A stretch of 64,000 nucleotides of DNA, from the NCBI GenBank assembly GCA_964016885.1, contig OZ024743.1, forward strand, positions 283,464,001-283,528,000, written 5' to 3'. Shown here piece after piece: positions 1-12,030 of this stretch. Each line of letters begins with the position of its first letter. Within the stretch, counting starts at the first letter, position 1. Below the pieces are notes generated by a model. That model did not search any database and was not told the origin of the DNA. It saw only the letters and a program-made list of their open reading frames with translations. The DNA is from Eledone cirrhosa. Taxonomy: Eukaryota. The position numbers were made by a program, and so were the translations under genes.

Positions 1-289
1 CACACACACACACACACACACGCACATATACACACATATTGGTGTTATTGCATTGTTTTTTTTTGTTTTTTTTGCAGTCATTTTATATTCTAATCCTGTT
101 TATAACTTTAATGATTGTGAAATGTAGGCCAGTTTATAGGCTTAGGCTTTCTGAAAACTTTTCAGTTGTGTTCTGATGATTCTGTCTGATCAACCATTTT
201 ACTGTATCACTTAAAAGATGTGCTGCACAAAATAGTAGTTAATGTAAAAGCCTCTTCCATTTGCTTGAAATCATTTTGACAATCTATGC

Positions 290-326
<37 letters not shown>

Positions 327-451
327 ACTGTTGTTGTTTTAATTTTTCTGATATACATATATATATATATGTATATAATTTATTAAAATAGATAAGGGTT
401 TGCGTATATATGTGTGCGTATATATGTATACGTATATATGTGCATATATAT

Positions 452-727
452 GTGGTGATGCTGGTGCTGGTGCTGGTGGCGGTGGTGGTGGTGGCGGTGG
501 TGGTGGTGGTAGTGGTGCTGGTGGTGCTGGTGGTGCTGGTGGTGCTGGTGGTGCTGGTGGCGGTGGTGATGCTGGTGCTGGTGCTGGTGGTGGTGGTGGT
601 GGTGGCGGTGGTGGTGGTGGTGCTGGTGGTGCTGGTGGTGCTGGTGGTGCTGGTGGTGGTGGTGGCGGTGCTGGTGCTGGTGGTGCTGGCGGTGGTGGTG
701 GTGGTGATGGTGGCTCTGGTGGTAGTG

Positions 728-764
<37 letters not shown>

Positions 765-778
765 CAGCAGCAGCAGCA
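452..778. repeat. Compound trinucleotide microsatellite (GGT/GCT/GGC)n-(AGT)n-(AGC)n
   Basis: Direct reading of the repeat; explains the Gly/Ala, Pro, His and Thr low-complexity ORFs in all frames. Confidence 0.95.
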
Positions 779-898
779 TACATACACACTAATACACACA
801 TACAGACACCTGGGTTTGTTTGTATTTTTGTATTTCTATATCTAATCTATCTATCTCCATTTCTTCCTGTCTCTTACTCTCTTACATGCTTCTCTCTT

Positions 899-987
<89 letters not shown>

Positions 988-1069
988 TAGAAAGAGAGAA
1001 AGGGAGCAAAAGAATGGCAAACAGATTTCCAGAAAGACCAATAGACAGACAAACAGATATGTATTATAC

Positions 1070-1287
1070 CTGTGAATAAACTTAATGAGGAAGCTGCTTC
1101 TGTATAATTCACTGAAGCCATTAATCCAGTAAACAAATCTTCTCTTCAAATAAGACATGCAGGAGATATATAACATAGTCAATGGATACTATCTGCTCCT
1201 ATCCACATAACCATGGTAACTGTATGTATATATATTCAACCAACTAGAAATGCATATACACTTCAGCAATTTTCCAGAACAAAGTTA
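1070..1287 (-). other. Candidate host exon with possible start codon (MASVNYTEAASSLSLFT, phase 1)
   Basis: Minus strand: polypyrimidine acceptor ttgtttttttttatgtag| before 1287, donor cag|gtataa after 1070, ATG at 1121; non-repetitive sequence; no recognised homology. Confidence 0.25.
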
Positions 1288-2119
1288 CTACATAAAAAAA
1301 AACAACGAAAAGTAATCACAATTTTTCTCCATTTGATCCATACTAAATCAAAACGCACTTACCAAAATAACTACAACATCAAGAATATAGATACGGAGAT
1401 AACAAAGAAAAGCAGAAAATTGGCAAACATTTGTATCAAATATTAATCACAGCTCAAGAGGTAAAAATGCTATGTAAAATAATTAGGCAGAGTTATTTGA
1501 GCATGGTTCAAAATATCTGTTGGCATTTGTTCCAGCTCTCTGAGCACTGTGTTCAATCCTGACGATATCAACTTCGCCTTTCATCCTTTTAGAGTTGATA
1601 AAATATAATACCAGTTCAGGGCAGTGGAAATGTGAGAGTATTAAATGTGATGTGGTGTTCATATAGGCTCATCATTTAGCATTTTCAGTTCAAATGCTGC
1701 TAAGGCCTACATGGGTGATAAACATAATTTATTGGCCAGATTAATGCTCATATCTGGCCCTTGAGTGCTTTTAGCAATCTCAATTTTGTTGCAAGTGTTT
1801 GGACCAGGTTCTGATTAGAGGATGCCTCCTTCCTTCCTAGTCTTGGAGGGTCTGAAAAGAATCATAGGCATTGCTCTCTTCTCCTGGGCTAAACAGAAAA
1901 AAATAGCTGTATCAATAACTCTACATCACAGTACAGTCACACTACATCAAACTAACAGCTACAAACGAACTCATCTTTTTAAAACACTTTTCCAAATTCA
2001 GTTACCTAAAACCACACAATGAAATCAGAAGCATAAAACTCAGAGGGACTGCAGAGTCATGAGGATCACAGAAGTCATACATCCCCCCCCCCCCCAAAAA
2101 AAATGAACGTAAAAAAAAT

Positions 2120-2309
2120 TATTATTTCTACTTTTGGCACAAGGCCAGCAATTACCAGTGCATTACTAGTACTTTATTTTATCGACCCCGTAAGGATGAA
2201 AGGCAAAGTTAACCTCGGAGGGATTTGAACTCAGATCATAACGGGGAGTAACTCTATGCTGCAAAGCATGGCGTCCGACGCTCTACCGATACTGCCAATC
2301 CACCACCAC
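2120..2309 (-). mobile_element. tRNA-derived SINE, family A (Meta/MESC-like central domain)
   Basis: A box tggcagtatcgg, B box gttcaaatcc, body ctttgcctttcatccttacggggtcgataaaataaagtac, (ATT)n tail; many copies in the window. Confidence 0.85.
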
Positions 2310-2395
2310 AACGTAAAAAAAATAATAATAGTGAGGTGCAGTGCAAAAAATATTTCAGTATTTTAACAACTTTAATATATATAACTATCTAATGG

Positions 2396-2491
<96 letters not shown>

Positions 2492-2839
2492 ATCATCATC
2501 ATTGTCGTTTTAACATCCGCTTTCCCTGTTAGCAAGGGTTGGACAGGTCTACATAGACCAATTCAGTATTGAAGAGGTGGTCTCACTTATGTACAGTCTC
2601 ACATTCTACTGAGTGCACAGGAGAGGTTGTCATGTCTTTAACACAACTAGGGGTCCCCTAACTCTTTGTTTGGCAGGGTATCTACAGCTGGATGCCTTTC
2701 CTATCACCAACCACTTTGCAGCATGTACTGAGTGCATTTATTGTGTAGATCACCATCACTAGGGAGGCTGTCATCTCCTTGACATGACTGAGGAGTCCTC
2801 CCAGCTCTCTGTTTGGCAAGATATTTAAGCTTATATATA

Positions 2840-2995
2840 GGCAGCAAATTGGCAGAGTCATTAGAACGTTGGATAGAATCCTTTATGGTATTCGTTCCAG
2901 CTCTCTGAGTTCAAATCCTGCTGAGGTAAACTTTGCGTTTCATCCTTTCATGGTTGATAAAAAAAAGTACCAGTCTAGTACTGGGGTCAATTCTT
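2840..2995 (+). mobile_element. SINE family A, diverged
   Basis: tggcagagtcattag...gagttcaaatcc...ctttgcgtttcatcctttcatggttgataaaa. Confidence 0.7.
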
Positions 2996-3379
2996 CTTAG
3001 CTCTAGCAGAAATCTACCTTACTCAGGCCTGGAGAGGAATGGGCTCCACCAGGTTTTAAATGCCCAAGTAACGCCATATGTCAATGCGGTGCCCCTACGA
3101 CTCTATCAGGAATTACAGGACCATACCATAAGCTTATATAAAAGACAAAACCTTCAATGGTATCCTAGCAACCAATTGAAAACTACTCCTAAAATTCCTA
3201 TTTTCATCATCATCATCATTTAATGTCTATTTTTCCATGTTTGCATGGATTATATGGGTTGTCATATTATGAGATAAGTCAGGCCAGGTGACCACATCTT
3301 GCTCATACAGATCTGCTGTATTTTGGCTTGGTTTCTATAATTGGAAGCCCTTCCTAACACCAATCTTATTATAGTCTGG

Positions 3380-3683
3380 ACTGGGTACTTTTTAGCATGG
3401 CACCAAAATGGTCATCTAACAGGCACTTTTTGTTGTGTCACCAGCATGACCACCTTATAAGGTGAACTGGATGCTTTTTGTCATTTCACAAGCATGACCA
3501 CCTTACAGGGGGACTGGGTGTTTTTTCATGTCACCTGTACGACCACCTTACAGGGTATACTGGGTACTTTTTGTTGTGTCACCAGCATGACCACCTCAAA
3601 GGGTAGACTGGGTGCTTTTTATCATGGCACCAGCATGACCACCTTTCAGGGTAGAATGGGTACTTTTTGTCATGTTACCAGCA
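3380..3683. repeat. Minisatellite of ~52 bp units derived from RTE-type 3' UTR sequence
   Basis: About 5-6 units of gggtactttttgttgtgtcaccagcatgaccaccttacagggtagact; resembles antisense RTE 3' UTR (ctgggtgctttttgtcgtgacacc). Confidence 0.75.
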
Positions 3684-3805
3684 TTCAACAAATTTCAATT
3701 AGATCATATAATATTTTCATATAAAGAAAAAGAAAGAAAAATTAAATACCAAAAATAAGAGAAAGAGTGGAGCGAGCAGCAGACTCTGCACCCCAAATGT
3801 AGTCA

Positions 3806-3990
3806 GTTGGATTGGCAGTATCGGTAGAGGGTCGGACGCCATGCTTTCAAGCATAGTTACGTCCCTTTACGATCTGGGTTCAAATCCCGCCGAGGTTGAC
3901 TTTGCCTTTCATCCTTACGGGGTCGATAAAATAAAGTACCAGTAATGCACTGGGTAATTGCTGGCCTTGTGCCTAAAGTAGAAACAAGTA
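3806..3990 (+). mobile_element. SINE family A
   Basis: Near-identical to the copies at 2120-2309 and 7900-8085. Confidence 0.85.
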
Positions 3991-4619
3991 TATCTTAGTT
4001 GTGCCCCACAGATAAAATGGTGAAGACATTGCTGTGGAGAACAGCCAACCATACCCACTGTATCAGCTACTCTGCCTCATGGGGGTCCTTCCTTTAGGTG
4101 TGATGCACTCCTCTCAATTTTACAGAGGAAAATATAGTGACTTAGGGTACCAGAGGCCTCAACAGTTTCTGGCACGAAAAGCAGGCAGTCGATCAAGTCC
4201 CAGTATTTGGCTATTTTCCTCTCCTATTTATTAAAAAATTATTTATTTGAACTATTATCCTCATTTCGATTGTTATAAGCACAAATAAGTAATTAACACA
4301 TACAAGGATATTTCCAGCATGGTCAATGGAACAATATAACCCCCAATTCTATTCTATGATTTGATTAAAGGTCTGAAATTCCAAGAACATTACTGAATAT
4401 AACAGAAGTGTGTTCTTGCTTTTATCACAGTAATAGAAGCCCAGCTAGGTGGTAAATTGAACTATTATCTGCTGATCATCTAGAGGATATCACTGATTAT
4501 ATCATTAGTAAAAGAAGCAGATGGAGAATAGAACAGATTAGTTGACTAGTCTCTCAATAGCATTAATGATAGGAAATTTGTCTGAATTTTGAGAATTATT
4601 ATTATTTTTTTTTTTTGTT

Positions 4620-4838
4620 AGGGCAATGGATTGGCAATATTGGTAGAGCGTTGAGCACCATGCTTTTCAGCATAGAGTTATGGCCCTTTACGTTCTGAGT
4701 TCAAATCCTGCTGAGATTAGCTTTGTTTTTCATCCTTACGGGGTTGATAAAATAAAGTATCAGTAACATACTGATGTCGATTTAATCGACTTTCCTCTCT
4801 CCCCAAATTGCAGGTCTTGTGCCTAAATCAGAAATTAT
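4620..4838 (+). mobile_element. SINE family A (longer-tail variant)
   Basis: A/B boxes, central domain and tail gtcgatttaatcgactttcctctctcccccaaattg. Confidence 0.8.
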
Positions 4839-5499
4839 ATGTTGACTTATCCAGACTAGTGTCCTCATTTTGGCTGTTATAGTTGTTATAGAATGTTACA
4901 AAATATGACAGACACTTGAAGAAGGCCAGGGAATAATAAAATGGCCAAAAATAATGTGATTACAACAACAATGAAAACACTAGTTTGAATAAATCAGTTT
5001 ATTATAATAATTTCTCATCTCAGAAATTCAGTCATAATTCTCTCAGCCCATTTTATTTTCTATATCAACAAGCTTCCCAGTATAATATATTAGGTTCTCT
5101 CTCCTTTTTTTTCTTTTTTTCATGCCAATAATTAGAAAGAAACCACTGACATCTTCAGTATAGAAATATCCAAGAATTCTTTTCTTATATATTGTAAATC
5201 AATTTATTTCAAATCTAATAGTATCTTTTGTTCTGTAAATCATCATATTCTAAATTGTTATTACTCCTATAGCTTGCAGGCTTTTTTCCTGCAGCATGCT
5301 TCAAGTAAAAAAAAATTATGTAGACATATATTTTACCAAATACCATCTCTACCATTGATGTGTCTAAAGAACTTTGACATTAAATAAATAATTCACCTTA
5401 TTCTTGTTAAGAAGAATGCAAATATCTTTCCTCTCTTCCTCTTTACATTACTGTCGTTGTTGTTGAAGTTGTTGTTGTTGTTATTATTATTACCATCAT

Positions 5500-5559
<60 letters not shown>

Positions 5560-5678
5560 TTGTTGTTGGTGGTGTGTTAGTGGTAATTTCTCTCCAATTT
5601 TTAAAAAATCAGTATCTCTCTCTCACACACACACACACACACATACACACACACTCACTCACTCACTCATTCACTCAC

Positions 5679-5730
5679 CTGTCTACTCCTGACTATTTCT
5701 GGAGACACAAGATGATTGAGAGGAAAGAAC
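5679..5730 (-). other. Candidate 52-nt exon (probably non-coding)
   Basis: Minus strand: acceptor tcatctatttcctatcag| and donor cag|gtgagt; the donor abuts a (TGAG)n microsatellite, so it may be fortuitous. Confidence 0.2.
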
Positions 5731-6019
5731 CTGATAGGAAATAGATGATGTGTGTGAGGTGTGTGTGTGGTGGATGTGGTGCATATGAGGATATAAGGGA
5801 AGGAAAAGATTGGGGAGGAGGAGATTGATAGGAAGCTTGTGAAGATGAGGAGGGGCAAGAACGGATGGTGGAAGAGAAAAAGGAGGAGCAACAGCAGGGA
5901 GGGAGGGAGGGGAGATAGCAGGAAGATATGAAGATGGTAGAAACAAGGTGGTGTTGGTGGTGGCGGTGGGAGGTAGATGTTGGTGCAAAGCAAAGATAAA
6001 ATGTGGAGGCAGGTTGTGA

Positions 6020-6490
6020 TTCACACATGCACATGAACACATGCACAAATGCATATATGCACAGACACACAGACGCACAGACACACATATACACAGACAC
6101 ACATATGCACAGATGCACATACACACATATACACAGGCACACATATACACAGACACACATTTGCACAGATGCACAAACACATGTGTACACATGCACATGC
6201 ACACGCATATGTACAGATGTACATGCACACATATGCACAAACACACATGTGTACAGATACTCATGCACACATGCACAGGTGCACATACACATATTCACAA
6301 ACATACATGCACACATATGCATAGGTACATGTTCACATTTATACACAGATACATGCAGACATATGCACATACATCTATGCATGTACATGCACCTGTATGC
6401 ACATACATGCACCTACGTAGGCATATACACACACATATGCCTCTATACACACACATATGCACCTATATGCACACATATACATACACAGGC
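6020..6490. repeat. Degenerate (CA/TA/CATG) low-complexity tract
   Basis: Alternating purine-pyrimidine cacatgcatatacac pattern. Confidence 0.9.
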
Positions 6491-6629
6491 AGGTTTTAAA
6501 CATATCTGCTTCATATAACATGTTACTTACTATGTGAAACCTTTGTCAGTTGAAGTTCAAAAGAATCAAATTTTTCATTTACTTACAGGTGAAAAATAAG
6601 ATATTGTATGAGGTAAAACAACAACAATA

Positions 6630-8280
6630 ATAATAATAATGATTTCTTTATTAGGCACAAGGTCAACAATTTGGGGGGAAGAGAAAGTTGATTAAATCGA
6701 CCCCAGTTATTGGTACTTTATTTTATCACCCCATAACGATGAAAGGCAAAACTAACTTTGGCAGGATTTGAACTCAGAATGTAAAGGAATTTAACTATAT
6801 GCTGCAAAGCATATTGTCCAATGCTCTACCTATACTGCTAATCCACTGCCCAACAATAATAATTGTTTCTACTTTTGGCACAAATTATTATCCCAGTGTA
6901 TTACTGGTACTTTATTTTATCGACCCCGTAAGGAGGAAAGGCAAAGTTAACCTCGGCGGGATTTGAACTCAGATCATAAAGGGCCGTAACTCTATGCTGC
7001 AAGGCATGGTGTCTGACCCTCTACTGATACTGCCAATCCACCAATGGTTTCTGATTTAGGCACAGGGCCAGCAATTTCTGGGGGTGAGGGGAAAGTCGAT
7101 TAAATCAACCCAGTGCATGACTGGTACTTTATTTTATCGACCCCCTGGTGAGATTTGAAATAAGAACGTAAAGGTTCATAACTATATGGTGCAAAGCATG
7201 TTGTCAGACACCCTACCAATACTTCCATTATTAGTATTGGAGTGACAGAATCATTAAAGCATAAGACAAAATGTCTTGCATAATTTAGTCAAGGCTCTTT
7301 ACTTTTTAAGTTCAAATCCCACCAAGGTCAACTTTGCTTGTCATCCTTCTAGGGTTGATAAAAGATAGTACCAGTCAAATACTGGGATCGATATAATTGA
7401 TTATACCCCCAACCCCCCAAAAATAATACATTGTGCTCCTGTATGAATGTTAAAAATCATTATTATTGTTAAAAAAAAAAAAATAATATATAATAAATTA
7501 CCTTAAAAGATTATTATTATCCTCATTATCATCATTATTAGGGGAGATGGACTGGCAGAATTGGTAGGACGCTGGCTAAAGTGCCATAGCAGTATCTGCT
7601 TTGCATTTTTACATTCAAATCCCACCGAGATCAATTTTGCCTTTCGTCCTTCCAAGGTCAATAAAAGAAAGTACCAGTCAAGTAGTGTGGTTGATTTAAT
7701 TAACTTTAATCAACTTTCCTCTTCTTATAAATTGATGTCCTTGTGTCTAAATTAGAAACCATTGTCATTATTATTATTATAAATGGTTGACTTTGCCTTT
7801 CATCCTTACGGGGTCGATAAAATAAAGTACCAGTAATGCACTGGGTAATTGCTGGCCTTGTGCCTAAAGTAGAAACAATTATTATTATTATAAATGTAGA
7901 GTGGTGGATTGGCAGTATCAGTAGTGAGTCGGACGCCATGCTTTGCCCTTTATAATCTGAATTCAAATCCCGCCGAGGTTAACTTTGCCTTTCATCCTTA
8001 CGGGGTCGATAAAATAAAATACCAGTAATACACTGGGATAATTGCTGGCCTTGTGCCAAAAGTAGAAACAATTATTATTATTATAAATGTAATTATTCTC
8101 TTCATCATCATCATGTATGGACCTTTACATTCTGAGTTCAAATCCCTCAGAGGTTAGCTTTGCCATTCATCCTTATGGGGTTGATAAAATAAAGTACCTG
8201 TAATGCACTGGGGTGATTTAATCAACTTCCCTCTCCCCAAAAAATTGTTGGCTTTGTGCCTAAATCAGAAACTATTATTT
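6630..8280. mobile_element. Cluster of about 8 family A SINEs (three on -, then about five on +)
   Basis: Minus copies ~6640-6852, 6860-7043, 7045-7225; plus copies ~7235-7460, 7540-7765, 7786-7890, 7900-8085, 8118-8278; mostly joined through (ATT)n tails. Confidence 0.85.
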
Positions 8281-8297
8281 AAATGCCTCAAGTCTAA

Positions 8298-8455
8298 AAA
8301 CAATAAATACTCAAGGCACTGTCCTTCTCTCTCTCTGACTAAACAGTAAACAATAAATACTCAAGGCACTGTCCTTCTCTCTCTCTGACTAAACAGTAAA
8401 CAATAAATACTCAAGGGACTGTCCTTCTCTCTCTCTCTGACTAAACACTAAACAA
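8298..8455. repeat. 50-bp tandem repeat, about 3 copies
   Basis: caataaatactcaaggcactgtccttctctctctctgactaaacagtaaa begins at 8301, 8351 and 8401. Confidence 0.95.
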
Positions 8456-8759
8456 GATGACCTTTCAAAGTCAAAGAATTGGCCAAAGTTTTAATTATCC
8501 TGTGAGATTAAAAAAAGGACTAATGTTTATTATAATGGAGTGGTATACACTATTGAATCAACCTAGTATAGTACTAGTGCCTATTTTATAAATAAGGTGG
8601 CAAACTGGCAGAACATAGGACAGAATGCTTTTTGGTATTTGTTCCAGTTCATCAGGAGTTACAGGTCCATATATAAATCTTTAGATCTAGTCAGCAAGAA
8701 ACCAATATTTCCAAAATCAATAGTTTGACAGAAAGTGTAGAATAGTCTTTCTTAATTAA

Positions 8760-8980
8760 CCCTTTAGCATTTAAACCAACCATATCCGGCCAGGATTCTC
8801 TCACATCATTCTGTTCAAACCAACTGTAACCTGCTGTTAATACTGATGTTAAGGTATTGTTCTCAAAATAAATAATATCAAAATTGTACAGATTCGATAT
8901 TATATGGGATAATTACGTGAGATAAAGCCTTTACCGTGAAAATACAATAGTAAATATAGAGTAATGTAAATGCTAAAGGG
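8760..8980. mobile_element. piggyBac-type MITE
   Basis: TTAA on both sides (8756-8759, 8981-8984); 14-bp TIR CCCTTTAGCATTTA / TAAATGCTAAAGGG; second copy at 33569-33732. Confidence 0.85.
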
Positions 8981-10015
8981 TTAAAAGTACAAACTAGGGC
9001 AAAATTAACTTTATTTTTCATACCTTTAGGACTGATACAACAGGTAAACTAAAAAACAGTAATGTACTGAAATTAAAATAAAACCACTATTAGTTTGATC
9101 TCACCAGCCCACCATGATCAGAGATATCAACATAATGAATGTTCCTCTTGAATGACTGCAAGTTGACAGCTGCAAAAAAGACATGATCAGGACATTCTGG
9201 GGAAGAAGGATTAAACATTATAGCTAGTACAGGACTGGTTAGGTAGAACGAGGGTGAACACAATATGAGTAATGAGAGGAGGGGAATTAAGGGAATCAGA
9301 AGTACCTAAGTGGAGGTAGTAGTATGAGTCAAACAGCCAGCTTTGAAAAACAGAGGCTACAATAGTAGCAGTAAGAAAGGCAGAGAGAGGAAATAGCATA
9401 TCAGTGGAGCAAGGGTTGAAGTGTATTGGAGAACGACTTCATAGCAATTAGTCTACAAACATTGGCCGTGTGCCCAGTCAAAAGAAATCAATGTGTTCTA
9501 AAGAAGATATTATTGCTCCACTTACACCTCTTACTTTGTACAGTTCCATCTCCCTGTGTGTCTCTTCATTGCTGTAATGTCATACTAATCGATGAACCTA
9601 ATATAGATTTGGCAGTAAGGTGACAGACGATGACTAAATATATCACAATAGAGACGCACAGTCTTTGTAAATTCTATTTATATCAAAACTTAGTCAAAAG
9701 GAAGACAAAAACATTATCAATGTTCTACATGTTTGTTTGTTCGTTAATTCTATTTGGTTGTATAAAATCTTAGACACAGACATACACATACATCATATAT
9801 ATATATATAATATACACACACATATATATACATATATATATATTTATATTTATAATATATATATATATCATGATGATGATGATATATATATTATATATAT
9901 TATATATTATATATATTATATATATTATATATATATATACAATATATATATGCATAATATGTATATATAATATATATATTATATATTTTTATGTATATAT
10001 ATGTATTATATACAT

Positions 10016-10190
10016 ATCATCATCATCATCATCATTTTACGTCCACTTTTCCCTGTTTGCAAGGGTGGGACGGGTCCTATTCAGCACAGCATCTCTCCAC
10101 TTGTCACGGTCCTTCATCATCTCCACCGTGAGTTTCAGCAATCTGAGGTCAGCTCTCACCACTTCCACCCATGTTTTTCGTGGTCTTCCT
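10016..10190 (-). mobile_element. RTE LINE 3' fragment
   Basis: Antisense GRPRKTW-type C-terminal coding remnant, 3' stem-loop and (GAT)n tail. Confidence 0.85.
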
Positions 10191-10204
10191 CCATATATAT
10201 ATAT

Positions 10205-10623
10205 ATGGTGGCTGCCAACTCGTTTTCGAGTACGGCTACTACTTTATATCCATGTAGGAGAACCCCTACCGATGCGCTGAACGAGTGTGACTTTTTAGTC
10301 CAGCCAGCGACTTGAAAACTCTGGTACAAACACTACACTTGTGACAATTATTGACACATAGTGCTGGGCCCATGGTACCATGTGACGACAAGTGCAGAGA
10401 GATCTCCAGATATAAAGCAATATTATATATATATGAGTGTGTGTGTATATATATATATACGACAAGTGACGACAAGTGCAGAGAGATCTCCAGATATAAA
10501 GCAATATTATATATATATGAGTGTGTGTGTATATATATATATATACATATATGTACCATGGGCCCAGCACTATGTGTCAATAATTGTCACAAGTGTAGTG
10601 TTTGTACCAGAGTTTTCAAGTCG
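10205..10623 (-). mobile_element. RTE/BovB-like LINE 3' end (C2H2 finger) with inverted duplication
   Basis: Minus strand CSVCTRVFKSLAGLKSHTRSAHR* then a short UTR and (TA)n; ~10308-10378 is inverted at ~10553-10623 around a duplicated ~65-75 bp spacer. Confidence 0.65.
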
Positions 10624-10759
10624 TGTGTGTATATATATATATACATATATATATACACACACACTCATATATATAATATAGTAATATTAATGACAGTAAA
10701 TTTTACTCATTTATTAGATGCTTATTAGCTCAATACAATGGTAGGATCATGCAGAGCTG

Positions 10760-11010
10760 TTATATAGTTACAATTTGTTTACAAAACAAAGAATTTTAGA
10801 GTTCAAGGCATTTAGTAAGAAACAATTGTTTCTTCCCACGGTTATGCTACATATATACATGAGTATAGACTGGTCTATACTCATTAATGGCAATTTGTTA
10901 AATAACATGATTTGTTAGATGTAGCATAACCGTGGGAAGAAACAAATATCAGTTATTAAATGCCTTGAACTCTTAAATTCTTTGCTTTGTAAACAAATTG
11001 TAACTATATA
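10760..11010. repeat. Imperfect palindrome, probable PLE pLTR fold-back
   Basis: Arms ~10760-10852 and ~10919-11010; inner hairpin atgagtatagactggtctatactcat; left arm carries GAAACAATTGT (HHR 3' half). Confidence 0.7.
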
Positions 11011-11149
11011 ATATATATATAAGTCAATTGATGAAAGCTGGTTGATCATATAATTTGCCAACTTTTTTATAAACAGATGTAAAGCACTCTACAATTTTTA
11101 TTCCTTAGGATTTTCTCTGTAAGGTATCAACCGGAGTTTCGATATTATG

Positions 11150-11360
11150 AATAAAAGAGACGGTTTTATTTGTACATCATTTTATTACATAATTCTGTTA
11201 TATGTATTTCGAAGACGTCAGAGTGGTTACATAATAATCTTCTGACATGTAACTTTTTGACATGTCAGAAGATTGTTATGTAACCACTCTAACATCTTCG
11301 AAATACGTATAACAGAATTATGTAATAAAAAGAAAATGTACAAATAAAACCGTCTCTTCT
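11150..11360. repeat. Palindrome with ~95-bp arms, probable PLE pLTR fold-back
   Basis: gagacggttttatttgtacat...ttctgacatgt / acatgtcagaa...atgtacaaataaaaccgtctc; right arm carries CGAAATACGTATA (HHR 3' half with palindromic stem III). Confidence 0.8.
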
Positions 11361-11439
11361 CTTTATAATATATCGTATTTATAATAAATCGGACTGAGGA
11401 AACAATGTTTCCATTGGTCTTTCCAATTGCTAATACTAT

Positions 11440-11585
11440 CTGTGGGTCACAACTCCAGGTAGAAGGAGCAACATGAAATAAAGTGTCTTGCCCAAGGACA
11501 TAACGCATCACCTGATCAAAGAATCGAACAGATAACCTCATGATTGCGGATCCAATTATCTAACCACACAGCCACACACCTTCAC
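11440..11585 (-). mobile_element. CORE-like SINE, family B fragment
   Basis: Antisense tRNA head and gtccttgggcaagacactttatttca. Confidence 0.7.
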
Positions 11586-11790
11586 TTCATAATATATATT
11601 TTAAAAGTACCAGTCCAGTAATGGGGCTGATTCTTCCTCTATATCTCTTTCTCACTTCCTTTCTTTCACTCTATATCTTTCTCTGGAAGAAATCTGCTAT
11701 ATACATACATATATATATACATACATACACACACACACACATATATATATGTATATATATATGCATACATACATACATATATACATAATA

Positions 11791-11994
11791 TCTATATATA
11801 TAAATTTGTAGTTCCTGTCTCTTTGTTCACAAACTCCTCCTATGGTTTTGGAGATAGACCCCCATAACCATATATATTCTGAAACTACATTGCCCAGGGT
11901 ACTTGGATAAGTATATTTCATTTTAATCAAAGGGTTCCCCGGGGGCACAAACCCCCGCTGAAAATGTTTCCCTTCCAGAGAAATTTAAACCATA

Positions 11995-12000
<6 letters not shown>
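11791..12000 (+). mobile_element. Possible Helitron 5' end
   Basis: a|TCTATATATATAAA start typical of Helitron 5' termini; no matching 3' end identified nearby. Confidence 0.35.

Positions 12001-12026
<26 letters not shown>

Positions 12027-12030
<4 letters not shown>

Noticed and set aside
165-200. CTGATGA hammerhead core (also ~8643, ~16022, ~17602, ~22717)
   Set aside because: No correctly placed stem II, GAAA, stem III and closing stem I; most lie within SINE or LINE sequence
325-1075. Gly/Ala-, Pro-, His-, Thr- and Val-rich ORFs resembling silk or cell-wall proteins
   Set aside because: Open in nearly all frames because the trinucleotide microsatellite lacks stops; no unique coding context
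8298-8455. CRISPR-like array (also 3380-3683 and 35577-36022)
   Set aside because: Plain tandem or direct repeats without unique spacers; eukaryotic context and no cas genes
9211-9700. Possible old PLE GIY-YIG tail (LHLGTSDSLN) and decayed HHR
   Set aside because: Too degenerate to support by eye
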